From Candidatus Zixiibacteriota bacterium (GTDB taxonomy: Bacteria > Zixibacteria > MSB-5A5 > GN15 > FEB-12), in NCBI GenBank assembly GCA_003641405.1, contig QNAF01000002.1:1-35109 (forward strand): a stretch of 35,109 bases of DNA. The letters are read 5' to 3'. Under the pieces are notes generated by a model, which worked only from the letters and a program-made list of their open reading frames with translations, had not been told where the DNA came from and did not search any database. How positions within the stretch are numbered: the first letter of the stretch is position 1; every line of letters begins with the position of its first letter. Positions 1 through 8,286 of this stretch are shown piece by piece. The translations under genes were made by a program, and so were the position numbers.

Positions 1-55
1 ATCTCACTGCTTCAACTTTGAAAGCTCGGTCAAACTGACGACGCTTCTTGGACAT
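1..55 (-). CDS. IS3-family transposase OrfA (HTH subunit), first 18 codons only; continues past the left window edge
   Basis: My own reverse-complement translation of 55..1 gives M S K K R R Q F D R A F K V E A V R. A GGAGG SD lies 7 nt upstream. The ORF is absent from the ORF track because it is open at the window edge. Confidence 0.65.
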   Translation of the reverse strand, partial: MSKKRRQFDRAFKVEAVR

Positions 56-120
56 AAACACACCTCCTGATAGAAGTTAACTCTATCTTCTCGATGTGTC
101 CACAATTCGGGGGAGGTTCA
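1..120 (-). mobile_element. Window-truncated end of an IS3-family insertion sequence (candidate terminal inverted repeat plus start of orfA)
   Basis: The minus strand has GGAGG (67-63) followed by ATG (55-53). This opens MSKKRRQFDRAFKVEAVR, the typical N-terminus of IS3/IS911-type OrfA. The minus-strand sequence TGAACCTCCCCCGAATTGTGGACAC (120-96) starts with the family-typical TG and contains a TGGACAC-like motif I recall from IS3-group ends. The exact boundary is inferred. Confidence 0.55.
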
Positions 121-787
121 GTAACCCGGTAGCAAAGAATAGACTAAAGTGCATCGCTATTCGGATAGTCAAGGAGTAACAGGAAAAGCTATTTGGACTC
201 CAGTTCCTCGGAATGCTCGCTCAATTCAATGATATCCAGGTTCTGGATCTGGCCGCGCATTTGACGCCATGGTTTCGCTTTGAGCTGACCGGTCCGTTGA
301 GTCCGGCCATTCGATAGACTTTGCTCGTCATTTTGATCATGCCTGCGATCACCGGATCGTGACGATCTGTGCCTGTGTTTGGCAGGCGCTTGTCTTCTTC
401 TCATTGTTCCCCCTCAAATATCAAAACCGCTGATTCTGAGATCATCTGTCAGAACTAACAAGTCTAATCGGTCCATATTGCTGCGGAATTAACTTCCACA
501 GCTTGATATGTGTTGTGGTCCGGTGAATCTGGACAAAAACCGCACATGTAGTAGCTTGCCTGTTTTCTAAATAAACTCTGCTGATTTGTACCTGGTTTGC
601 AGCAAACGCATTGTTTTGCCTACTCGATAAAGCTGCGGATATCACCGGCAGAACTCGACCCACCCTCCTAATTCAATATGGTGCAAGGAGATACGGCGCG
701 ACCCTCAGTTTGGGGGGCACGTCTGGATCAATGGCATGACTTATGCTCAAACCCCACAGCGCAAGAGTAACGGACCAAGGAGAGCAT

Positions 788-1408
788 ATGTTAGACGGAC
801 GATTTCAGCGTGGGTTTTCACAGGAACGATTGGCGAAAGGACAGGAGCCAAAAGTTCGCAAAGACGAACGCGGCTATTATGTCATGTCTCTTTCCGAAAA
901 TACGAAGGTCTATTTTGAGGATTTCTATGGTTTCCTGAGTGCTACGTATGCTCGGGCACAGATGGAGCGAAAGGAGCTTGATCGAAAGATCGAAGCAACG
1001 ACCGCTCGCAGTTCGGAGACACTAACATATTATCGGGCCAAGGGAGTAGCCGTCGATCTTCTGATGCGGACTGTCCGTCGTTTCTATACAGACGGTTCCA
1101 ATCTCGGCGTAGTGATGACACCCTGGTGCTTTGGTACTGTTGTACTCGAGAAGATTGAGGTATATCGTGATCGGATCGGCAAAGGAGAGGTGCAGGATCC
1201 AAACGTAGTGGGATATCCCTACGATATTGTCAGGTATATCGATGAAATTCACAAAGCGGTCCTGCTGGAGCTGTTTGACTTTCCGGAGAAGGCATTCCAG
1301 ATGCGCTGGCAGTACTCAGAGATTCTTCGCAGGTACTCACGTATTCTCACCGATATCACCAGTCGACTTCAGGCTGTTCTATCGACAGTAAAAACCTTTG
1401 GGACTTGA
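788..1408 (+). CDS. Hypothetical protein, no family recognised (about 206 aa)
   Basis: The ORF spans 743-1408. The internal ATG at 788 is preceded by AAGGAG (777-782) with a 5-nt spacer, so it is the preferred start. A strong intrinsic terminator follows. Composition is protein-like, but I see no recognisable motifs. Confidence 0.6.
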   Translation: MLDGRFQRGFSQERLAKGQEPKVRKDERGYYVMSLSENTKVYFEDFYGFLSATYARAQMERKELDRKIEATTARSSETLTYYRAKGVAVDLLMRTVRRFYTDGSNLGVVMTPWCFGTVVLEKIEVYRDRIGKGEVQDPNVVGYPYDIVRYIDEIHKAVLLELFDFPEKAFQMRWQYSEILRRYSRILTDITSRLQAVLSTVKTFGT

Positions 1409-1433
1409 GCAATCATTGGCAACGCTTCCGCTG

Positions 1434-1469
1434 AAAGGCCGGAACCAACGCAGGTTCCGGCCTTTTTTA
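1434..1469 (+). terminator. Rho-independent terminator
   Basis: A perfect 13-bp stem AAAGGCCGGAACC (1434-1446) pairs with GGTTCCGGCCTTT (1453-1465) around a 6-nt loop. It runs into a T tract (TTTTTTA) 26 nt after the stop at 1408. Confidence 0.85.
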
Positions 1470-1618
1470 TTACCTTTCAAGTCCTCACCCGATAATGCCG
1501 ATAATAAGCGGAAGAGCGCTCTTTGCAGTAATGACGAGTGATTCTACCCGTCATATTCCCGCATCGAGTCAAATATATGCACACGGCGACGGCACAGAAA
1601 CGAACAGAAACGAAGTTC

Positions 1619-2560
1619 ATGGCGGTCCACCTGGATTCGATTCGGGTGGATTCCGTGCTGGATTTCAATCTCTATATTGAAGTCAACAAGCGCCTGGTCC
1701 TTTACAGGTCTTCAAACCTCGCTTTTACTGACAGAACTCGCCAGAAACTGATCGAGAACAATGTCGAAAGACTGTACATCGAGTCCAGCGATCGACATGA
1801 CTACCAACGATATATTGAGAAAAACATAGGCAGGATTCTGAATGATCCCGAAATCATGCAGGATAAGAAGGCCGGTATCCTGTACGATACTTCGACAAAC
1901 CTCGTTCGTGATATACTCAGCAACCCCACCTTTGGAGACAACATACAGCGATCAAGTGATATTGTTGCCAGTACAGTGGATTACATTCTTCAGGGGCGAG
2001 AAGCGTTCCTGAGCCTGATGAAAATAACTTCGTTTGACTATTACACCTATACTCACTCAGTCAATGTCTGTACGTTTTCGATAGCTCTTGCCCAGCAGTT
2101 GGGTTACAATGACGATCAGTTCCTGAATGAGTTGGGGATGGGGGCGCTGTTACACGACGTGGGCAAGTCCCGGATTTCAGAGAGGATTATCAACAAGCGA
2201 AGTACACTGACGCCGATTGAGTTCGAAATCGTGAAGAAACACCCCAAATGGGGTGTGGAGATTCTCGAAGGTCAGGATTCTGTTGCTGAGGCATCGCTCT
2301 ACCCTATTCTGCAGCACCATGAGCGTGGTGATAGACGTGGTTATCCTAATGGACTTTCCCTGGATGAAATGCATGTCTATTCACAGATAGTGGCAATAGC
2401 GGATTCTTTCGACGCCATGACCACCCAGAGGGTTTACCAGAAGGCCGTGGAAACTTACTCGGCGCTGAAGATCATGTTTTCCCTTAAGGGAGCCTACGAA
2501 GATAAGATTCTTCGCGTCTTTGTAGAGCTTATGGGGCCTACCGGTCTCGATGACATCTAA
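1619..2560 (+). CDS. HD-GYP domain c-di-GMP phosphodiesterase with an N-terminal DUF3391-like domain
   Basis: Contains LHDVGK and HHERGDRRGYPNG (HD and GYP signatures). The N-terminus MAVHLDSIRVDSVLDFNLYIEV is typical of this class. The ORF is open from 1538. The start at 1619 (or 1577) is uncertain because there is no clear SD. Confidence 0.85.
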   Translation: MAVHLDSIRVDSVLDFNLYIEVNKRLVLYRSSNLAFTDRTRQKLIENNVERLYIESSDRHDYQRYIEKNIGRILNDPEIMQDKKAGILYDTSTNLVRDILSNPTFGDNIQRSSDIVASTVDYILQGREAFLSLMKITSFDYYTYTHSVNVCTFSIALAQQLGYNDDQFLNELGMGALLHDVGKSRISERIINKRSTLTPIEFEIVKKHPKWGVEILEGQDSVAEASLYPILQHHERGDRRGYPNGLSLDEMHVYSQIVAIADSFDAMTTQRVYQKAVETYSALKIMFSLKGAYEDKILRVFVELMGPTGLDDI

Positions 2561-2701
2561 TCCATTCAGGATCCTTTAATCAATACTGGACGACCACGAT
2601 CACGCCTGCGATAATGAAGTTGTTGCGTCGCAGTTGTTTGATCTATATTGCCCCTTCAACAGAAAGGGTTTGTTGAAAAACCCAGAAGGACAGGAGGTCT
2701 G

Positions 2702-3085
2702 ATGAAGGAAATTATCTCAACTGACAGCGCACCGGCAGCTATTGGGCCATATTCACAGGCAGTGAGAGTCAGCGGACAGGGGATGTTGTTTTGTTCGGGA
2801 CAGATACCACTTGACCCGAAAAGCGGTGATGTTATAGGCAAAACAGCAGGTGATCAATGCCGTCAGGTCATGAAGAACCTGGAGGCTGTGCTCAAGGCTT
2901 CCGGCGCTGGCTTCTCTGACGTGGTCAAAACAACGATTTTTCTCACCGATATGGCAGATTTCGGTGAAGTCAATGAGATCTATGCGGGCTGTTTCGATTC
3001 CGAACCACCGGCGCGCTCAACGGTACAAGTCAGCCGACTGCCGAAAGACGTTCGGGTTAAGATTGAAGCCATAGCAGTGATCTGA
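2702..3085 (+). CDS. ridA: RidA/YjgF/TdcF-family reactive-intermediate (enamine/imine) deaminase
   Basis: MKEIISTDSAPAAIGPYSQAV...GQIPLDP...TTIFLTDMADFGEVNEIY...PARSTVQVSRLPKDVRVKIEAIA is a textbook RidA pattern. AGGAGG lies just upstream of the ATG at 2702. The ORF is open from 2648. Confidence 0.9.
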   Translation: MKEIISTDSAPAAIGPYSQAVRVSGQGMLFCSGQIPLDPKSGDVIGKTAGDQCRQVMKNLEAVLKASGAGFSDVVKTTIFLTDMADFGEVNEIYAGCFDSEPPARSTVQVSRLPKDVRVKIEAIAVI

Positions 3086-3317
3086 TCGACAAGTTTTGTA
3101 CCGGTAACACACTGATAATCATACTCTCGAATGAGCAAAACGACGTCGCGGTGACTGCAAATGTGACCATTTGAAGGGTCAACCTAGTCAATACCCTGAA
3201 GCTTACGAGACATTCCAAAAACAGCTTGACACAGTCTCAGAAGGGCGTTTCTTCCGCTCCCAAGTATCGTGAACATAGTCACATGCTTTGTCTGGTCGTT
3301 ACTGAGGAAGATGCGGT

Positions 3318-3671
3318 ATGTCGGAATATCTGGCAGTATTGATTTTTGCCGTTGTTGGGGCTGCTATAGTTCTCTTTACGTTCTTCCTTGCAAGTCTAAT
3401 CCGTCCGAAAAACCCGTATCCAGCCAAGAGTGTCAACTACGAATGTGCTGAGGAGCCTATTGGCCCCTCCTGGTTCCAGTTTAACAACCGGTTTTATATC
3501 TTTGCCCTTATTTTCGTCGTTTTTGACGTCGAAGTTATTTTTCTCTTCCCCTGGGCGGTAGCCTTTGGTCAACTTGGACTGTTTGCGCTTATAGAAATGA
3601 TCATCTTCATCGTGATTCTGTTGTTTGGGCTTTTCTACGCCTGGCGGAAGGGAGTGCTTACGTGGGTCTGA
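3318..3671 (+). CDS. nuoA: NADH-quinone oxidoreductase subunit A
   Basis: 117 aa with 3 TM helices. Contains a YEC(A/G)EEP motif and [12 protein letters not shown]. It is the first gene of the nuo cluster. Confidence 0.92.
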   Translation: MSEYLAVLIFAVVGAAIVLFTFFLASLIRPKNPYPAKSVNYECAEEPIGPSWFQFNNRFYIFALIFVVFDVEVIFLFPWAVAFGQLGLFALIEMIIFIVILLFGLFYAWRKGVLTWV

Positions 3672-4174
3672 TCAAGAAACTCCCCGTATATTCAGAGAAA
3701 ATTCCCGGTGGGGGGCTGGTGACAACATCAGTTGAGACAGTTCTGCATTTTTCCCAGGCCTGTTCCCTGTGGTACCTGCTTTTTGGAACGGCATGCTGTG
3801 CAATCGAGCTCATGTGTACCGGCGCTTCGCGCTACGATTTCGACCGCCTGGGCATGATTTTCCGCGCCTCACCCCGCCAGTCTGACCTCATTATTGCCGC
3901 GGGTACGATAACCAAGAAGATGGCGCCGAGACTTCGCAAACTGTACGATCAGATGGCCGAGCCCCGGTATGTTATTGCGATGGGCGGCTGTACGATCAAA
4001 GGTGGCCCGTTCTACTACGACAGCTATGCGGTTGAGAAGGGGATCGATCATATCGTCCCGGTAGACATATATATACCCGGTTGCCCGCCGCGCCCGGAGT
4101 CGCTGCTGGAAGGCTGTATCCATCTGCAGGAGAAGATCAAGAAGCAGAAGCTGAGCGACTGGCAGGAAAAGTAG
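3662..4174 (+). CDS. nuoB: NADH-quinone oxidoreductase subunit B (N2 cluster subunit)
   Basis: Contains [15 protein letters not shown] and IPGCPP cysteine motifs. The GTG start overlaps the nuoA stop. Confidence 0.93.
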   Translation: MGLIKKLPVYSEKIPGGGLVTTSVETVLHFSQACSLWYLLFGTACCAIELMCTGASRYDFDRLGMIFRASPRQSDLIIAAGTITKKMAPRLRKLYDQMAEPRYVIAMGGCTIKGGPFYYDSYAVEKGIDHIVPVDIYIPGCPPRPESLLEGCIHLQEKIKKQKLSDWQEK

Positions 4175-4175
4175 A

Positions 4176-4646
4176 ATGACCAGGGAAGAACTGAAAAGCT
4201 ATGTTGAGGGTCATTTCGACGGCAAGTTGAAATCGCTCGATACCGGGCGCTACGACCCGATCTTCGAGATCCAGCCGTCAGATCTGATTACTGTTGCTAA
4301 GGCTCTACGTGATGACGAGAGTCTCAAGATGGACTTTCTCTGCAATCTGGGTGCGGTTGATACCTGTGAGAAGCTCGAGGTTGTCTATTCCGTTGCTTCT
4401 ACTACGAAAAATCTCCGATTGGATTTCAAGTTCTCGCTTCCGTACGACAATCCCGAGGTGGACTCCATAAAGGAAGTCTGGCCCGGAATAGACTGGTATG
4501 AGCGCGAGATATGGGAACTGTATGGGATCAACGTGAGAAACCACGGCAATCTGAAACAATTCCTTCTGCCGGACGACTGGGATCAGGGCAACCCAATGCG
4601 AAAAGACTGGGATGCGCCTGACTTCATAAGGATGCCTGAGGTTTAG
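4176..4646 (+). CDS. nuoC: NADH-quinone oxidoreductase subunit C
   Basis: 156 aa with WYEREIWELYGI and the FLLPDDW motif typical of the 30-kDa subunit. It sits between nuoB and nuoD. Confidence 0.9.
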   Translation: MTREELKSYVEGHFDGKLKSLDTGRYDPIFEIQPSDLITVAKALRDDESLKMDFLCNLGAVDTCEKLEVVYSVASTTKNLRLDFKFSLPYDNPEVDSIKEVWPGIDWYEREIWELYGINVRNHGNLKQFLLPDDWDQGNPMRKDWDAPDFIRMPEV

Positions 4647-4648
4647 AC

Positions 4649-5758
4649 GTGCCGGATCTGAGAACTCAGGAATACATGGTCAATATGGGACCGCACCATC
4701 CGTCAACGCACGGAGTGTGTCGGTTAATCCTGACCATGGACGGTGAGAAGGTTGTCGATATCGAGCCGGTAATTGGGTATCTTCACCGTTCTCTCGAAAA
4801 GGTCTGTGAGAATCGTACTTACGCACAGTGTATTCCGATCATGGATCGGTTCGAGTATGTCACTTCCATGTCCACCAATCAGGTATTTTCACTGGCTGCG
4901 GAGCGGTTGGCGGAGATCGAAGTACCGGAGCGGGCTGAGTACCTTCGGGTCATCATGCTTGAACTCAACCGGATTGCTTCCCACCTGCTCTTCTATGGCA
5001 CCACGGCTATGGATTGCGGTGCTTTGACGCCGTTCCTTTATGGTTTGCGGGAACGCGAACTGATTATCGACCTGTTTGAAATGACCTGCGGGCAGCGACT
5101 GACATACAACTACATTTGGGTTGGCGGCGTTTCTAAGGATATTCCTCCGGAGTTTGAGCCGAAGTGTCGTGAGGCGATCAAGATTATTGGTGAAAAACTG
5201 GACGATTACCAGGGGCTTCTCAATGAAAACCCAATCTGGCTGGCACGCATGAAGGATGTGGGAATTCTCGATCCCGACCTGGCGATTGCGTGGGGTGTGT
5301 CAGGTCCGGTCTTGAGAGCTTCCGGTGTCAAGTATGACCTTCGCAAAGACGACCCGTATTCAATCTATGACAAATTCGATTTTGACATTCCAACCCTTGA
5401 GGCCGGTGACAATTTTGACCGGTACCTGTTGCGCATTGAAGAGATAAAGCAATCCATCAGGATTATCGAACAAGCATTGGACGGATTGCCGGAAGGTCCC
5501 ATCAGGGGCAAGGTTAAGGCGAATTTCAAGCCACCTGAGGGCGAAGTCTACTGCCGAATTGAGAACTCTCGTGGTGAGATGGGCGTGTACATTCGATCCG
5601 ACGGCAGCAAAAAGCCGCTTCGTGTAAAAATGCGCGGTGGCTCATTCAACCAGTTGCAGGTACTGCCGGAAATTGTTCGCGGCAAAGGTTACTACATAGC
5701 TGACCTGGTAGCTATCTTTGCGACCCTGGATATTATTCTGCCCGAGGTGGATCGCTAA
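4649..5758 (+). CDS. nuoD: NADH-quinone oxidoreductase subunit D
   Basis: Contains NMGPHHPSTHGV, YLHRSLEK, DRFEYV and the 49-kDa subunit C-terminus DIILPEVDR. GTG start. Confidence 0.95.
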   Translation: MPDLRTQEYMVNMGPHHPSTHGVCRLILTMDGEKVVDIEPVIGYLHRSLEKVCENRTYAQCIPIMDRFEYVTSMSTNQVFSLAAERLAEIEVPERAEYLRVIMLELNRIASHLLFYGTTAMDCGALTPFLYGLRERELIIDLFEMTCGQRLTYNYIWVGGVSKDIPPEFEPKCREAIKIIGEKLDDYQGLLNENPIWLARMKDVGILDPDLAIAWGVSGPVLRASGVKYDLRKDDPYSIYDKFDFDIPTLEAGDNFDRYLLRIEEIKQSIRIIEQALDGLPEGPIRGKVKANFKPPEGEVYCRIENSRGEMGVYIRSDGSKKPLRVKMRGGSFNQLQVLPEIVRGKGYYIADLVAIFATLDIILPEVDR

Positions 5759-6822
5759 TGAGTGAGAGCCTGGGAATGCTGGAACTAGCACGTGTTTTTG
5801 GCTGGCTGCACGAACTCTTGGTAGATACGGGATTGGGTGAGCCGTGGGTGACGATTATCACCTACGCAGTACTCGCGGTCGTTGTGTTTGGTGTGCTGGC
5901 AGTGTTGGCTCTGTTCCTGGTCTGGTGGGAACGTAAAATTGCCGGCCATATTCAACAGCGGTTTGGTCCCATGCGTAACGGCTGGCACGGCTGGTATCAG
6001 ACGATCATGGACGGTCTCAAGCTACTCCAGAAGGAAGATGTCATTATTGCCACACGTGATAAGCCGGTTTTCTTCTGGGCACCGGTGATATGCTTTGTAG
6101 CAGCGTTCCTGGCTTACGTGGTGATGCCGTTTGGAAAAGACCTGATAGTAGCAGACCTGAATATCGGCATTCTCTATATTTTGGCTGTCACGACATTCAC
6201 GGTTATCTCGCTGCTCATGGCCGGATGGGCTTCGCACAACAAGTATGCCCTGCTGGGTGGTATGCGTTCGGCGGCACAGGTTGTTAGTTACGAAGTGCCG
6301 ATGGTCGTTTCAATACTGGTGATCGTGTTGTTTGTCGGTTCGCTTTCGATGCAGGACATTGTGACAGCACAGTCGGGCAATATCTTCAATTGGTTTATTT
6401 TCCGGGTACCGTTCGGCCCGATTGCATTTGCAACGTACATCATAGCAGCTACAGCCGAGGCCAACCGTACGCCGTTTGATATTCCAGAGGCCGAGCAGGA
6501 GTTGGTGGCCGGTTTCAACATCGAATACTCCGGTATGAAATTCGCCATGTTCTTTTTGGCTGAGTTTATCAATCTGTTCACGGTCTCTGCAATCGCAGTG
6601 ACACTGTTTTTCGGCGGCTGGAACGGTGCGATCCTTCCGTCGTGGCTTTGGTTCCTTCTGAAGACCTGCGGCGTTGTGCTGTTGTTGATGCTTTTCCGCT
6701 GGACTTACCCCCGGTTGCGCGTTGACCAGTTGATGAGGTTCTCGTGGAAGTTCCTGGTGCCGGTAACATTTGCGAATCTGATAATCGGTGCAATTATTAA
6801 GTACGCCGGATGGTATTGGTAG
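5758..6822 (+). CDS. nuoH: NADH-quinone oxidoreductase subunit H
   Basis: Contains WWERKIAGHIQQRFGP, NRTPFDIPEAEQELVAGFNIEYSG and RWTYPRLRVDQLM. The start overlaps the nuoD stop (ATGA). Confidence 0.95.
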   Translation: MSESLGMLELARVFGWLHELLVDTGLGEPWVTIITYAVLAVVVFGVLAVLALFLVWWERKIAGHIQQRFGPMRNGWHGWYQTIMDGLKLLQKEDVIIATRDKPVFFWAPVICFVAAFLAYVVMPFGKDLIVADLNIGILYILAVTTFTVISLLMAGWASHNKYALLGGMRSAAQVVSYEVPMVVSILVIVLFVGSLSMQDIVTAQSGNIFNWFIFRVPFGPIAFATYIIAATAEANRTPFDIPEAEQELVAGFNIEYSGMKFAMFFLAEFINLFTVSAIAVTLFFGGWNGAILPSWLWFLLKTCGVVLLLMLFRWTYPRLRVDQLMRFSWKFLVPVTFANLIIGAIIKYAGWYW

Positions 6823-6839
6823 GATTGGGATAGTATCGA

Positions 6840-7460
6840 ATGGCCATACTGAAAGACATAAAAGAGCTTATCCGGGGTCTGGGGATCACCGGCAAGCATC
6901 TTGGTCGCCATGCCATCACTATCCAGTATCCTGAGGAAAAGTGGACTATGCCGGAGAGATCCCGCGGCATTGTCGTGCTTCTGTCCGACAAGGAAACGGG
7001 CGAACTCAACTGCACCGGCTGTGAACTGTGTCAGCGAGCCTGTCCTTCGGCTGCAATCAAAATCGACGCACCGCGTGGCGAAGACAAGAAGAAGGTTCTA
7101 AAAGAGTTTGTTATAGATTTCGGTCTCTGTTGTTTCTGTGGCCTGTGCGAGGAATCGTGCAATTTCTGTGCTATCAAGATGGTTCCCAAGTATGAGTTCT
7201 CTGATGAGAACAAAGAGAACCTCGTTTGGGATATCAAGAAGCTCCAGGAGATGGGGCTTGACGTTGACTATGTAGACACCCGCAGGAAGAAAAAGAAACC
7301 GGTGGACAAAGCTAAACCCGCGGACAAGACTTCCGAAAAGCCTGCCGAAGCGACTCCGAGCAAGGAACCAAATTCGAGTGCCGGGAATAATGATCAGAAA
7401 AAACCGGAGGGTGATGAGAGTTCACCGGATCAGAAGGAAACCAGAGGGGAAGAATCATAA
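6840..7460 (+). CDS. nuoI: NADH-quinone oxidoreductase subunit I (2x[4Fe-4S]) with a low-complexity C-terminal extension
   Basis: Two ferredoxin-type motifs, CTGCELCQRACP and CCFCGLCEESCN. The last approximately 60 aa are K/P/E/S-rich. Confidence 0.9.
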   Translation: MAILKDIKELIRGLGITGKHLGRHAITIQYPEEKWTMPERSRGIVVLLSDKETGELNCTGCELCQRACPSAAIKIDAPRGEDKKKVLKEFVIDFGLCCFCGLCEESCNFCAIKMVPKYEFSDENKENLVWDIKKLQEMGLDVDYVDTRRKKKKPVDKAKPADKTSEKPAEATPSKEPNSSAGNNDQKKPEGDESSPDQKETRGEES

Positions 7461-7978
7461 TGGTTGAGCAAGCTTCCGTCGGTGTCCCGTTCTGGATATT
7501 GTCGGTAATAGTGCTGGTGTCCGGTTTTATGGTGGTGAGTCTGAAAAACATTTTCCACTGTGCTCTCTTTCTGATCTTCTGTCTCACCGGTGTAGCCGGG
7601 ATTTTTGTGCTGTTGAACGCCGAGTTCCTGGCAGCCGCGCAGGTGCTGATCTATGTGGGTGCTGTCTGTACCCTGATGATTTTCGCAATTATGCTGACTT
7701 CCAATATGACCTCTAAGAAGATAATTCAGACGAACCACAATGCGATGGTGGCTTTCTTTGGCTGCATGATCTTTACAGTCAGTGTTGTCGCCATGCTCTG
7801 GATCACTACCAGGGACGGCATCTGGCACATGGCTACCGAGTTGTTGCCCGAAAACAATGTGTTAGTGATCGGCCAGCTTCTCATGACCAAGTTTGTGGTA
7901 CCCTTTGAGGTCGTATCGATTGTTCTGCTGGCTGCCATGATAGGCGCTATCGTGCTGGCCAGGGGGGAGAAGGCCTGA
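7460..7978 (+). CDS. nuoJ: NADH-quinone oxidoreductase subunit J
   Basis: 172 aa polytopic membrane protein. Contains FLAAAQVLIYVGAV and FEVVSIVLLAAMIGA. The start overlaps the nuoI stop (TAATG). Confidence 0.9.
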   Translation: MVEQASVGVPFWILSVIVLVSGFMVVSLKNIFHCALFLIFCLTGVAGIFVLLNAEFLAAAQVLIYVGAVCTLMIFAIMLTSNMTSKKIIQTNHNAMVAFFGCMIFTVSVVAMLWITTRDGIWHMATELLPENNVLVIGQLLMTKFVVPFEVVSIVLLAAMIGAIVLARGEKA

Positions 7979-8277
7979 TGCAGTACTACCTGATTCTGGC
8001 CGCAATCCTCTTTGCCATCGGTCTTTTCGGCGTTATCACCCGGCGCAACACAATCGGTATCCTGATGTCGCTGGAACTGATGTTCAACGCTGCCATTATC
8101 AATTTCGTTACGTTCAACAAATACAGTCTTGCGGAGGGTCTGACCGGTCAGATGTTTGGTATTTTCATCATCGTCATTGCTGCGGCCGAGGCTACGGTTG
8201 GCCTGGCTATCGTTCTGTTGATCTACAGAAACTGGCGCGGCATCGACAGCGACAACTACAGCATCATGAAATGGTAG
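7978..8277 (+). CDS. nuoK: NADH-quinone oxidoreductase subunit K
   Basis: 99 aa with 3 TM helices. Contains SLELMFNA and AAAEATVGLAI. The start overlaps the nuoJ stop. Confidence 0.92.
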   Translation: MQYYLILAAILFAIGLFGVITRRNTIGILMSLELMFNAAIINFVTFNKYSLAEGLTGQMFGIFIIVIAAAEATVGLAIVLLIYRNWRGIDSDNYSIMKW

Positions 8278-8286
8278 AATTGAGAG

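Noticed and set aside
189-663. Two minus-strand ORFs (189-404, 71 aa; 442-663, 73 aa) in the gap next to the IS end
   Set aside because: The first is about 25 percent Arg in its N-terminal half and has no SD. The second has a GTG start immediately abutting AGGAGG, a zero spacer incompatible with initiation. I could not support either as a gene, so the region is kept as a finding rather than a feature.
3226-3231. TTGACA hexamer 87 nt upstream of nuoA as the nuo promoter -35
   Set aside because: No acceptable -10 hexamer lies 16-18 nt downstream (TTCTTC or TCTTCC only), so I cannot support a promoter call from sequence alone.
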